Shown here one piece after another: positions 10,122 through 18,788 of a stretch of 64,000 nt of DNA. Numbering within the stretch: position 1 is the first letter of the stretch; each line of letters starts with the position of its first letter. Both the position numbers and the translations under genes were made by a program. The notes under the pieces were generated by a model. It ran no database searches and was not told the origin of the DNA. It saw only the letters and a program-made list of their open reading frames with translations. Origin of the DNA: an uncultured Acidobacteriota bacterium (lineage in GTDB: Bacteria > Acidobacteriota > Vicinamibacteria > Vicinamibacterales > 2-12-FULL-66-21); assembly GCA_963797715.1 (NCBI GenBank), contig CAWCQS010000007.1, forward strand, positions 24,566 through 88,565, written 5' to 3'.

Positions 10122-11114
10122 ATGCTCATCGAAAGCAACACCGGCCTCCTGTGTCCCAGCGGCGGCTTCCACGTCGACCCGTGGGGGCCGACCGATCGGG
10201 CGCTGATTACTCATGCGCACGGCGACCACGCGCGGGCCGGCAGCCACGCCTACCTGTGCGCCGAGCCATGCCGGCCGATCCTCCAGCGCCGTCTCGGACC
10301 CGACGTCCGGATCGAGAGCGTGCCGTACGGTGAACCGATCGTGCTCGGCGACGTTCGAGTGAGCTTCCATCCCGCAGGCCACATCCTCGGGTCGGCGCAG
10401 ATTCGGATTGAGGGCGCAGCTGGCGTATGGGTCGTTGCCGGCGACTACAAGCGCGCCACCGATCCCACGTGCTCGGCGTTCGAGGTCGTCCGCTGCGATA
10501 CGTTCGTCACCGAGTCGACGTTCGGTTTGCCGATCTATCGCTGGGACCCTCCGGAGTCCGTGATCGCCGAGATCCTCGAATGGTGGGACGAGAACCGGCG
10601 GCACGAACGCACATCGGTGCTCTTCTGCTACACGCTCGGCAAGGCGCAGCGCCTCCTCGCCGAACTGTCTCGCGTGACCGATCGGACGGTGTTCATCCAC
10701 GGCATGATGGCCTCGATGATCGAGGCCTACCGCGACGCTGGCGTCCGAATGCTCGAAACGGCGTCGGCTACCGAGCAGCCCAAGGGCCGGAAGTTCGCGG
10801 GCGAGCTGGTGCTGGCACCGCTTTCGGCGCGAGGCACGCCGTGGATGCGGCGCCTCGGCGTCCACTCCGACGCGTTCGCGTCAGGCCTGATGCGCGTCCG
10901 TGGCGTCAGGCGCCAGCGCGCGTTCGATCGCGGGTTCGTGCTGTCCGATCACGCCGACTGGCCCGCCCTCCTCCAGACCGTTGCCGAGTCCGGCGCCTCC
11001 CGCGTGTTTGCCACCCACGGCCACGCCGAACCACTGGCGAAATACCTGCGCGAGCACGGTCTGGACGCTGGCGTGCTCCGCACCGCCTGGGAGGGCGAGC
11101 CGGAAGGCGATTGA
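10122..11114 (+). CDS. Ligase-associated DNA damage response exonuclease (metallo-beta-lactamase / beta-CASP fold)
   Basis: 330 aa: GLLCPSGGFHVDPWGPTDRALITHAHGDHARAGSHAYLC... It lies immediately upstream of the bacterial ATP-dependent ligase, which is the arrangement typical of this family. Confidence 0.85.
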   Translation: MLIESNTGLLCPSGGFHVDPWGPTDRALITHAHGDHARAGSHAYLCAEPCRPILQRRLGPDVRIESVPYGEPIVLGDVRVSFHPAGHILGSAQIRIEGAAGVWVVAGDYKRATDPTCSAFEVVRCDTFVTESTFGLPIYRWDPPESVIAEILEWWDENRRHERTSVLFCYTLGKAQRLLAELSRVTDRTVFIHGMMASMIEAYRDAGVRMLETASATEQPKGRKFAGELVLAPLSARGTPWMRRLGVHSDAFASGLMRVRGVRRQRAFDRGFVLSDHADWPALLQTVAESGASRVFATHGHAEPLAKYLREHGLDAGVLRTAWEGEPEGD

Positions 11115-11127
11115 CCGCGAGTGATCG

Positions 11128-12742
11128 ATGAAGCGATTCGCTGCCCTGTACGACGCAATCGATCGCACGACCTCGACCAACGCCAAGGTCGACGCGATGG
11201 CTGCGGTACTTTGCCGCGGCGCCACCCGCCGATGCCGCGTGGGCCGTGTTCTTCCTCACCGGACGGCGGCTCAAGCGCCTGATCCCGTATGCATCAATCA
11301 ATGGCTGGACGCTCGCGGCGACGGGATTGCCGCAATGGATGCTCGAGGAATGCTATGCCGTCGTCGGCGACGGCGCTGAGACTGCGGCGCTCGTGCTCGA
11401 TCAACTGCCCTCTGGCGAGTCGGAAGACCTTCCGCTCGCGCGATGGGTCGAAGATCGCATCCTTCCACTCAAGCAACTCGACCCGCTGACACAGCAGGAG
11501 CGCGTCACTACCTGGTGGCAGTCGCTCGATCGTTTGCAGCGCTTCATCCTGCTCAAGCTTCTGACCGGCGAGCTCCGCGTCGGCGTCTCGCAGACGCTCG
11601 TCGTACGGGCGCTGGCGCAGGCAGCCGGCCTTCCGCCGCCGACGATTGCCGCCCGCATCATGGGCGAATGGACGCCCTCACCCGAGTGGTACACCGGCCT
11701 TCTGTCGCACGAACGGACGGACGATGACCGGTCGCGGCCGTATCCGTTTTTCCTCGCGTCACCGCTCGAGGATTCGATCGAGAGCCTCGGCTCGCCTGAC
11801 GAATGGATGATCGAATGGAAGTGGGACGGGATCCGTGCTCAGCTCGTCAAGCGCGTCGGCATCGTGCACCTCTGGTCGCGCGGCGAGGAACTGATCACGC
11901 ACCGCTTTCCTGAGATCGTCGCCGCCGCGACACGACTACCTGACGGGACGGTACTCGATGGCGAGGTCCTCGCCTTTCGCGACGAGCGGCCCATGCCGTT
12001 CTCGGCGCTGCAGCAGCGCATCGGGCGTCAGAAACAGGTGGCGCAACTCGCACGCACGGTGCCCGTCGTCTTCATGACCTACGACATCCTCGAAGATGAC
12101 GGCGTGGATATTCGCGGGTTGGCGCAGTCGGAACGGCGGAGGCGCCTGGAGGTGACAGCGGATGTGGTGTCCAGCTTCAGCCGGACCAGCACCACTCTAC
12201 GACTCTCCCCACTCGTCACCCCTGCCTCCTGGTCGGAACTCGCAACGCTCCGCGCTGACTCGCGGGCGCGCGGGGTCGAAGGCTTCATGCTCAAGCGCCT
12301 GACGTCAACCTACGGCGTCGGCCGCAAGCGCGGCGACTGGTGGAAGTGGAAGATCGACCCCTACACGATCGACGCCGTGCTGATTTATGCACAGCCGGGC
12401 AGCGGCCGCCGCGCGAGCCTGCTCACCGACTACACGTTTGGCGTCTGGCACGAAGGCGAACTCGTCCCGATCGCCAAGGCGTACTCGGGGCTGTCGAACG
12501 ACGAGATCGCTGAAATGGACCGTTGGATCCGGCGTCACACGCGCGAGCGGTTCGGGCCGGTCCGCCACGTCGAGCCGGTGCACGTCTTCGAGCTGGGATT
12601 CGAAGCCATCGCCCGATCGTCGCGGCATCGATCGGGCATCGCCGTCAGGTTCCCGCGCATGCTGCGGTGGCGCACCGACAAGAAGCCTGAAGAAGCCGAC
12701 ACCCTCGAGACGGTGCAGAAACTCCTCAGCGACGCGCCGTAA
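11128..12742 (+). pseudogene. ATP-dependent DNA ligase (bacterial ligase-associated-repair type), one frame break near 11205
   Basis: The N-terminus MKRFAALYDAIDRTTSTNAKVDAMAA (frame 1) continues as YFAAAPPADAAWAVFFLTGRRLKRLI in frame 2; one extra G in GCGGTAC explains the shift. Adenylation motif EWKWDGIRAQL. OB-fold C-terminus. Confidence 0.85.
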
Positions 12743-13658
12743 TCGCCTCGAGGTTCTCGTCGAACTGACGCAACGCCGCAAGGATCGTGTTCGCGGCGCC
12801 GACGAAGAACTCCTTCGTCACCGTCGCCGCATCGTCTGTCGCCTTGTGATGCTGCGCTTCGTCTTCGACGCCAAAGTAGATGAACGGGATGCCCGCGAGG
12901 TGAAACGGATAATGATCCGAGTCATGCGACCAGTCGTCCTCTTTCGCGTTGGTCCCGTCATGACCGAGCCGCAGCTTCACCGGCGGCTGCGCCACATCCT
13001 TGAGATACGCCTTCAGGAATGGGTATTGGAACGTTCCGGTGGCGTAGAGCACGTTGTTGGCATCGCGCGCCACCATGTCGAGGTTGACGTTCATCGCGAT
13101 GGCGTCGCGGGCAACTGGCGGATCGCTGATGAACGCCTTGGCGCCGTTCAGTCCTGATTCCTCGGCGTCCAGGGCGGCGAATATGACTGAGTGCTGCGGC
13201 TTGTTGGCGCTGATTCTCTGCGCAACTGCCAGGAGTGCCGCGACACCGGACGCGTTGTCGTCGGCACCGTTGAACACTTCGCCGTTGCGGACGCCGAGGT
13301 GGTCGTAGTGAGCCGTGACCACGATATAGCGGTTGGGCTCGTGCTCGCCGGGCACGACGCCAACGATGTTGACGCCACTGCGATCGCTGGTGTCGCGACC
13401 GCCCCGGAAGGTAAAGGGACGCTCGTACGACTTCGCAATCGGCTGGATGCCGGCTTCCTTGAAGCGTTGCACGATGAACGCCCGCGCCTTCGCACTCCCG
13501 GGCGTCCCAGGCAGCCGCCCCTCCATGTCGTCCGCGGCAAGCGTCTCGAGGTCCTTGAGCAACCGTGCGCCGTCGATGCGTGCGGTTTGGAGCTCTGCGC
13601 TGGTCGTAGCCAGGACGAGCAACGCCGCACAGAGCAGCGTGCGTAACAGTCTGGGCAT
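12726..13658 (-). CDS. M28-family peptidase (secreted)
   Basis: Trimmed to the internal ATG at 13658 (MPRLLRTLLCAALLVLATTSA, a signal peptide). Core: IVVTAHYDHLGV...NGADDNASGVAALLAVAQ...IFAALDAEESGLNGAKAF...HDSDHYPF. It converges on the ligase gene with a 17-nt overlap. Confidence 0.85.
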   Translation of the reverse strand: MPRLLRTLLCAALLVLATTSAELQTARIDGARLLKDLETLAADDMEGRLPGTPGSAKARAFIVQRFKEAGIQPIAKSYERPFTFRGGRDTSDRSGVNIVGVVPGEHEPNRYIVVTAHYDHLGVRNGEVFNGADDNASGVAALLAVAQRISANKPQHSVIFAALDAEESGLNGAKAFISDPPVARDAIAMNVNLDMVARDANNVLYATGTFQYPFLKAYLKDVAQPPVKLRLGHDGTNAKEDDWSHDSDHYPFHLAGIPFIYFGVEDEAQHHKATDDAATVTKEFFVGAANTILAALRQFDENLEAITARR

Positions 13659-13720
13659 CGTAGGAGCATTGTAGGCCGTAGGTGACTTTGCTCGCTTGGC
13701 CACGCCCCGGCTGCGTTCTC

Positions 13721-13933
13721 TGTCCAAAACCCTTATCGCAGAGGTCGCAGAGGGGCGGAGGACGCCGAGGGGGATCTCGAGGTTGCGGTGGCATGCTGTG
13801 CTGGTTGCACCGCGCTGCGCGGTCGGGATCCGGACGCCGGCCGCCAGGCCGGCGTGCAACCAGCTCGTATCGCAACGACTTGAGAATGCCCGCTGCGCGC
13901 CTCTGCGAACTCTGCGATTCAAGCTCTTGGACA
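13721..13933. repeat. Nested imperfect palindromic element of about 213 nt (9-nt tandem units in the arms)
   Basis: The outer arm TGTCCAAAACCCTTATCGCAGAGGTCGCAGAGG (13721..13753) faces CCTCTGCGAACTCTGCGATTCAAGCTCTTGGACA (13900..13933). The inner 11-bp perfect stem is GCTGGTTGCAC (13800..13810) / GTGCAACCAGC (13854..13864). The left arm contains TCGCAGAGG twice in tandem. Confidence 0.8.
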
Positions 13934-13967
13934 CGCGAGCCACGCCAGGGCGAAGACACCGCTCGGG

Positions 13968-14750
13968 CTATGCGCGCTTTGCCACGACAACCGTCGGTCC
14001 ATCTTCGATTGTCAGAGTTGCCGCACGGTCGCCGGCGCCAAATTTGATGCGCACGGCGTCGGCGCCAGGTGGGTGGAACACGCGGCCGCCAAGGTGGAAG
14101 AGATTCCGCGCAGCCGCGCCCTCGCGCTGCACAGCGGGACCGCGTTCACCAATGGTCACCATGAATCGCTCGGTTCCACCGGATCCGAAGGCATAGGCGC
14201 CAACAATCGCCGCGCGATCGGCGTCGGACAACGGCTCGTTCGTGTATTTTGGATCGGCGTCACCCAGCGATTCGAGATACTTCAAGACTTCAGCCGCGGC
14301 CGGTCCACCGGCCCGCGCGTGCGACAGGAGCGTCAGGCCGTGCGGACCGCGCGTCTTCTGGACGCCTGGTGAAGCGAGGATGAACGCCTTGACCGTATCG
14401 AGCTGGCCGAGCATCGCGGCGGAAAAGATTGATGGCCGCGCGCCGGCGGCCAGCAAGAGCTTGGCGATTTCCTGATTGCCGACGTGCGATGCGGCGCCGA
14501 GCGCTGACTCCCAGTCGCCATAGCCCCAATCCCATGAAGCGTTTGCCAATGCGGGACGACCAGTCAGGAGCTCCCGCACGCGCGCGACGTTCCCGTGCGA
14601 GACACCCACCATCTCGCGCGCGAGTTCCGGGTCGTGGGACGGGAAGGTCGGCGGTATTGCCGCCGGTACCGGCGACTGAGACTGCGAGACCGCGGACGCG
14701 AGCGGCAGGATTGACGTCATCGACAGGAAGGTACGGCGCGGAACGGACAT
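13968..14750 (-). CDS. Tat-signal ankyrin-repeat protein
   Basis: Start ATG at 14750: MSVPRRTFLSMTSILPLASAVSQS. Ankyrin repeats follow (ALGAASHVGNQEIAKLLLAAGARP...AAMLGQLDTVKAFI...GLTLLSHARAGG). Confidence 0.75.
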   Translation of the reverse strand: MSVPRRTFLSMTSILPLASAVSQSQSPVPAAIPPTFPSHDPELAREMVGVSHGNVARVRELLTGRPALANASWDWGYGDWESALGAASHVGNQEIAKLLLAAGARPSIFSAAMLGQLDTVKAFILASPGVQKTRGPHGLTLLSHARAGGPAAAEVLKYLESLGDADPKYTNEPLSDADRAAIVGAYAFGSGGTERFMVTIGERGPAVQREGAAARNLFHLGGRVFHPPGADAVRIKFGAGDRAATLTIEDGPTVVVAKRA

Positions 14751-14846
14751 AGCTGTTTCCTCCAGACAGGAGGAGTATCGTCGACATGCCCGCCGTCGCA
14801 ATCCAGAACAGCGCGAGTTCTATGTGAGGACGTAAGTTCGCGCTGG

Positions 14847-15857
14847 TCAGTTGCTTGCGGTGCGATGTGAGGGCGACTGCACCGATCGCGTCACCGAGCT
14901 GGCAATCGACTCGGCGATTTCGGCCTGCGCGTCGAGCGTGAACACCGGCCGATCGTAGGTGTTCGCCCACACGTGGACCTGGTCCGGCACACGAATCAGG
15001 TGCGCGATGAGCCGCACTCCAGCCGCGTCGCTCTTCATCTGGGCGAGCACGATGTACTCGGCGCCGAGCTCGGTGCCGATTCGCTGGAGGTCACGAAAGC
15101 CACGAGGCTGATGCAGAGCGGCGGCGTTGCCGATGACGCTGAGGATCCGCAACCGGTCGGGCGTCGCCAGGCGTGCCACCGTCGCATCGGCGACCCCACG
15201 GGCGATGCGGTCGAAACCGTCCTCGCCAGTTTCGTTGTCAAATGGCACGACCGCGACGCGAACTCGCGCGTCGACGGACGGGGCACGCCACGCGCCTATG
15301 ACAAGGGCTCCAGTGACGGCGGACAAGGCCAGCGCTGCCCAGATCAGAGAGCGCCTGCGGAATGCCGGATGAGTTGCGACGTCAGGTCCGCTTTTCTCAA
15401 TGCTCGCGGGGCCGCGCCTTCGCTTCGCTTCGGCGACGCTCGCCGTAGCCTTGGCGGAAGCGGCCCAACCCCGCTCGCTCTCGTTCGGCGACTGCGCGCC
15501 CCGCTCGGGCCGCAGGCGCTCCTCGCTGTCAGCGTGGTCCTGCAGCAAACCCGCGACTGGTGCGATGAACCGGTAGCCCCGCTTCGGCAGCGTTTCAACA
15601 AACCTCGGCGAATCCGCAGAATCGCCCAGCGCCGACCGGATCTGAGCAATGCAGAAGTTGAGCCCGCGTTCGAAGTCCACGAACGTGCCATCGCCCCATA
15701 CTTCCTGCTTCAGCGTCTCGCGGGTGACGATCTCGCCAGGGCGGCTGACCAGCACTGCGAGCACGCGCGCCGGCTGCGGTTGTAACCGCACCGGCACTCC
15801 TTCGCGCGAGAGCGCTCCAGTGTTGGCATCGAATTCGAACAACCCAAACCGCAACAT
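14847..15857 (-). CDS. CadC/OmpR-type winged-helix transcriptional regulator with a TM segment and a TolB-N-like periplasmic domain
   Basis: 336 aa: FGLFEFDANTGALSREGVPVRLQPQPARVLAVLVSRPGEIVTRETLKQEVWGDGTFVDFERGLNFCIAQIRSALGD...LPKRGYRF. It also has a hydrophobic helix, LIWAALALSAVTGALVIGAW. Confidence 0.85.
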   Translation of the reverse strand: MLRFGLFEFDANTGALSREGVPVRLQPQPARVLAVLVSRPGEIVTRETLKQEVWGDGTFVDFERGLNFCIAQIRSALGDSADSPRFVETLPKRGYRFIAPVAGLLQDHADSEERLRPERGAQSPNESERGWAASAKATASVAEAKRRRGPASIEKSGPDVATHPAFRRRSLIWAALALSAVTGALVIGAWRAPSVDARVRVAVVPFDNETGEDGFDRIARGVADATVARLATPDRLRILSVIGNAAALHQPRGFRDLQRIGTELGAEYIVLAQMKSDAAGVRLIAHLIRVPDQVHVWANTYDRPVFTLDAQAEIAESIASSVTRSVQSPSHRTASN

Positions 15858-15860
15858 GAA

Positions 15861-15918
15861 CAGCTCCCAGCCTCCTGCTTCCGGCTTCCAGCACTCCTAC
15901 TCAGCTCCTAGCTCCTGA
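15861..15918. repeat. Heptad-periodic pyrimidine-rich spacer (CAGCTCC CAGCCTC CTGCTTC CGGCTTC CAGCACT CCTACTC AGCTCCT AGCTCCT)
   Basis: It starts 4 nt upstream of the regulator ATG (15857) in a divergent intergenic region. On the minus strand it gives a purine-rich leader with several AGGAG-like motifs. Confidence 0.7.
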
Positions 15919-15947
15919 CTTGCGTCGCCCCCGCCCCACGCGCCAAG

Positions 15948-17060
15948 ATGCGGTGCGTGCTGTCGACCGGCGAGTTCACCTCACAATACGTCAAACTGCT
16001 GACCGCGTTCGCGCTCCTTTGCGTAGTCGCCTCGACGGCGCGGCTTCTCGCGCACCCTGCTCCGTTCAGCTATCTCGACGTCCACGTCACGCCACAGGGC
16101 CTCACCGGCCGGCTGGCGCTTCACGATCTCGACATCGCTCACGACCTCAAGATCGACCCGCCGGCGCTGCTGGCCGATCCGGCATTCGTCGAGCGTCAGG
16201 CGGCGGCGTTGGCGCAACTCATCACGCCACGCGTGAGCTTCTTCGGCGACGGCCGGCCCATCCCCTGGACGGTGGCAGCGGTCAGGCCGGTCGCCAATCA
16301 GGACGCGGTCGAGTTGATCTGGCAGGCGCCATCATCCGGCTCGATTGGACGGCTGACGGTTGCCGCGCACGTGTTTCCCTACGATCCGGACCATCAAACG
16401 TTCGTCAACGTTTACGAAGGCGACACGCTCGTCCGGCAAGAAATCCTGAACAGCAGCCGCACGACGGTGGACTTCTTCACCGGTTCACGTCAGGGCCTCT
16501 TCGCCGTCTTCAAATCCTTTACCGCTTCGGGCATCCACCACATCGCCATCGGCCCCGACCACATCCTCTTCATCATCGGGCTGCTGCTGCTCGGCGGCAG
16601 CCTGAAGCGCCTGCTCGCCATCGTTACGGCATTCACGGTCGGCCACAGCGTCACGCTCGCGCTCGCCACGGTGCAAATCGTCGACCCACCCTCGCGCATC
16701 ATCGAACCGGCAATCGCTCTCAGCATCGTCTATGTTGGCGCTGACAATTTGTTGGCCGGTCACAAGGGCCGCGACGTCCGCGCCTGGGTAGCGTTGGGAT
16801 TCGGGCTGATTCATGGGTTCGGCTTCGCGAGCGTGCTGCGCGAGACGGGGCTGCCAAGCCGGGCCCTCGGCATCTCGCTCTTTTCCTTCAATCTCGGCGT
16901 CGAAATCGGCCAGGCCATCATCGTCGTCGTCGTGGCCTCGGCGCTGGCACTCGTGCGAAAGAACAACCCGGAGCTGGCGCGACGAATCGCGGTGGTGGGC
17001 TCTGCGGTGGTCGTGCTCGCAGGTAGTTATTGGTTTCTCGAACGAACGTTCTGGAGATGA
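15948..17060 (+). CDS. HupE/UreJ-family membrane protein with a long N-terminal periplasmic domain
   Basis: 370 aa: GIHHIAIGPDHILFIIGLLLLGG...FTVGHSVTLALAT...GLIHGFGFASVL...LGVEIGQ. Confidence 0.85.
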   Translation: MRCVLSTGEFTSQYVKLLTAFALLCVVASTARLLAHPAPFSYLDVHVTPQGLTGRLALHDLDIAHDLKIDPPALLADPAFVERQAAALAQLITPRVSFFGDGRPIPWTVAAVRPVANQDAVELIWQAPSSGSIGRLTVAAHVFPYDPDHQTFVNVYEGDTLVRQEILNSSRTTVDFFTGSRQGLFAVFKSFTASGIHHIAIGPDHILFIIGLLLLGGSLKRLLAIVTAFTVGHSVTLALATVQIVDPPSRIIEPAIALSIVYVGADNLLAGHKGRDVRAWVALGFGLIHGFGFASVLRETGLPSRALGISLFSFNLGVEIGQAIIVVVVASALALVRKNNPELARRIAVVGSAVVVLAGSYWFLERTFWR

Positions 17061-17064
17061 TGTG

Positions 17065-18675
17065 ATGGCACGCCCACGAACACTCGTCGCCCTGGCGGTC
17101 CCCGTTGCCATCGCTGCGACGACGATGGCGCAACCGGCCGTACAGGGCCAGGAAACGGCTGCGTTCCGTCTCGAAGAGACTACGATCGCGCAGGTTCACG
17201 CGGCGATGAAGGGTGGGCAACTCACGTGCCGCAGCCTCGTTCAGCAGTACCTCGCCCGCATCGACGCCAACGACAAATCCGGCCCCGCCATCAACGCCAT
17301 CGTCGTCGTCAACCCGAACGCGCTGGCGGAGGCTGATGATCTCGACCGGCGCGCCAAGGTTGGCGGATTCGTGGGACCGCTGCACTGCATTCCGGCGATC
17401 GTCAAGGACAACTTCGAAACCATCGGTCTGCAGAGCGCCGCCGGATCGCTATCGCTCAAAGGATTCGTTTCGACGCGCGACGCGTTCCAAGTCAAGCGGA
17501 TCAAGGCGGCGGGCGCCATCGTGTTGGCCAAGTCGAATATGGCGGAGTTCGCCTTCACGCCGTACGAGACCGTCAGCTCGATCCTTCCGGGCTATACGAA
17601 GAACCCATACGCGCTCGATCGCGTGACGGCCGGCTCAAGCGGCGGCACGGCCGCAGCCGTAGCCGCGAACTTTGGCGCGATCGGTCTCGGCAGCGACACC
17701 GGCAACTCGATTCGCGGTCCGGCGTCACACCAGGCACTGGCTGGCATCCGCTCGACGATGGGGCTGACGAGCCGGGCGGGCGTGGTGCCACTGAACCTGT
17801 TCGCGGATGTCGCGGGGCCAATGACCCGCACCCTCGAAGACGCCGTGGCCGTACTGCGAGTGATTGCGGGGCCGGATCCCGACGATCCCGTGACAATTGC
17901 CGACAGCGATATCGCACGGGCGTTCAGCCCCGGTGGACATCCGTCGGTGGTTCCGGACTACTCTGCCGCGCTGAAGAAAGATGGATTGAAGGGCCGGCGC
18001 ATCGGTGTGCTGCGGCAGGCCTACGAGCGCGACACGACCGATCCGGAGATCGTCAAGGTATTCATGGTCGCGATCGAAGACATGATGCGCGCCGGTGCAA
18101 TCGTCGTCGATCCTGCGCGCGTCGATCTCGAGCAAGCGCGACGCGCGCAGGATGCCGGCACCTGCGGCGGCTTCAAGTACGACATCAACCGCTGGCTGGC
18201 CTCGCACGGCGACAACGTGCCCGTAAAGACACTGGCAGCAATCATCCAGTCACGGCAGTTCCACCCCACCGTTCAGCGTCGCCTGGAGCAGTCGCAGGAA
18301 GGGACGGAGAACGGTCCCGAGACGCCGGCCTGCAAGGCTGAATCAGACTACCGGGCACAGGTGCGTACCGCCGTGCTCAGGTCTATGGATGCCAATACGC
18401 TCGATGCGTTCGTATATCCGACGTGGAGCAACCCGCCGCGGCTCATCGGCGACCTGAACACACCGCACGGCGACAACAGTCAGTTCTACTCGCCGACGAC
18501 GGGCTTTCCCGCCATCAACGTGCCCATGGGATACACACGCGACAACCGGCTGCCAGCCGGCATAACCTTCTTCGGACGTGCGTGGGATGAAAGTGGATTG
18601 ATCGCGCTTGCGTATGGGTATGAACAGGTGACGAAGCATCGCAGGGCGCCAACAACTGACGGTGGCAGTCGTTAG
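17065..18675 (+). CDS. Secreted amidase (amidase-signature family)
   Basis: Start moved to the ATG at 17065 (MARPRTLVALAVPVAIAATTMAQP, a signal peptide), 4 nt after the HupE stop. AS motif GSSGGTAAAVAANFGAIGLGSDTGNSIRGPAS. Confidence 0.9.
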   Translation: MARPRTLVALAVPVAIAATTMAQPAVQGQETAAFRLEETTIAQVHAAMKGGQLTCRSLVQQYLARIDANDKSGPAINAIVVVNPNALAEADDLDRRAKVGGFVGPLHCIPAIVKDNFETIGLQSAAGSLSLKGFVSTRDAFQVKRIKAAGAIVLAKSNMAEFAFTPYETVSSILPGYTKNPYALDRVTAGSSGGTAAAVAANFGAIGLGSDTGNSIRGPASHQALAGIRSTMGLTSRAGVVPLNLFADVAGPMTRTLEDAVAVLRVIAGPDPDDPVTIADSDIARAFSPGGHPSVVPDYSAALKKDGLKGRRIGVLRQAYERDTTDPEIVKVFMVAIEDMMRAGAIVVDPARVDLEQARRAQDAGTCGGFKYDINRWLASHGDNVPVKTLAAIIQSRQFHPTVQRRLEQSQEGTENGPETPACKAESDYRAQVRTAVLRSMDANTLDAFVYPTWSNPPRLIGDLNTPHGDNSQFYSPTTGFPAINVPMGYTRDNRLPAGITFFGRAWDESGLIALAYGYEQVTKHRRAPTTDGGSR

Positions 18676-18683
18676 TCGCCGAT

Positions 18684-18788
18684 CGTCAGTCACGAATCGT
18701 CAGTCACGCGTCGTCAGTCGGTAGTCGAATTGTGACTCACGACCAGCGACTGACGACTCGTGACCAACGACTGACGACTGACGACTGT
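18684..18788. repeat. 15-heptad hairpin element: (CGTCAGT CACGNNT)3 arm facing a (CGACTGA)n arm
   Basis: Strict 7-nt register: CGTCAGT CACGAAT CGTCAGT CACGCGT CGTCAGT CGGTAGT CGAATTG TGACTCA CGACCAG CGACTGA CGACTCG TGACCAA CGACTGA CGACTGA CGACTGT. GTCAGTCG (18713..18720) pairs with CGACTGAC (18747..18754), and pairing extends outward. It exactly fills the gap between convergent genes. Confidence 0.85.

Noticed and set aside
9879-10865. 328-aa minus-strand ORF spanning the DedA/exonuclease junction
   Set aside because: It overlaps two well-supported plus-strand genes and has shadow-ORF composition.
12726-13943. Long N-terminal extensions of the M28 peptidase (to 13943), the amidase (from 16813) and several others as listed in the ORF track
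   Set aside because: The extensions are Arg/Ser-rich, and they overlap upstream genes or the palindromic element. They also precede an internal ATG that is immediately followed by a good signal peptide. Starts were therefore moved to 13658, 17065 and the other positions given in the feature list.
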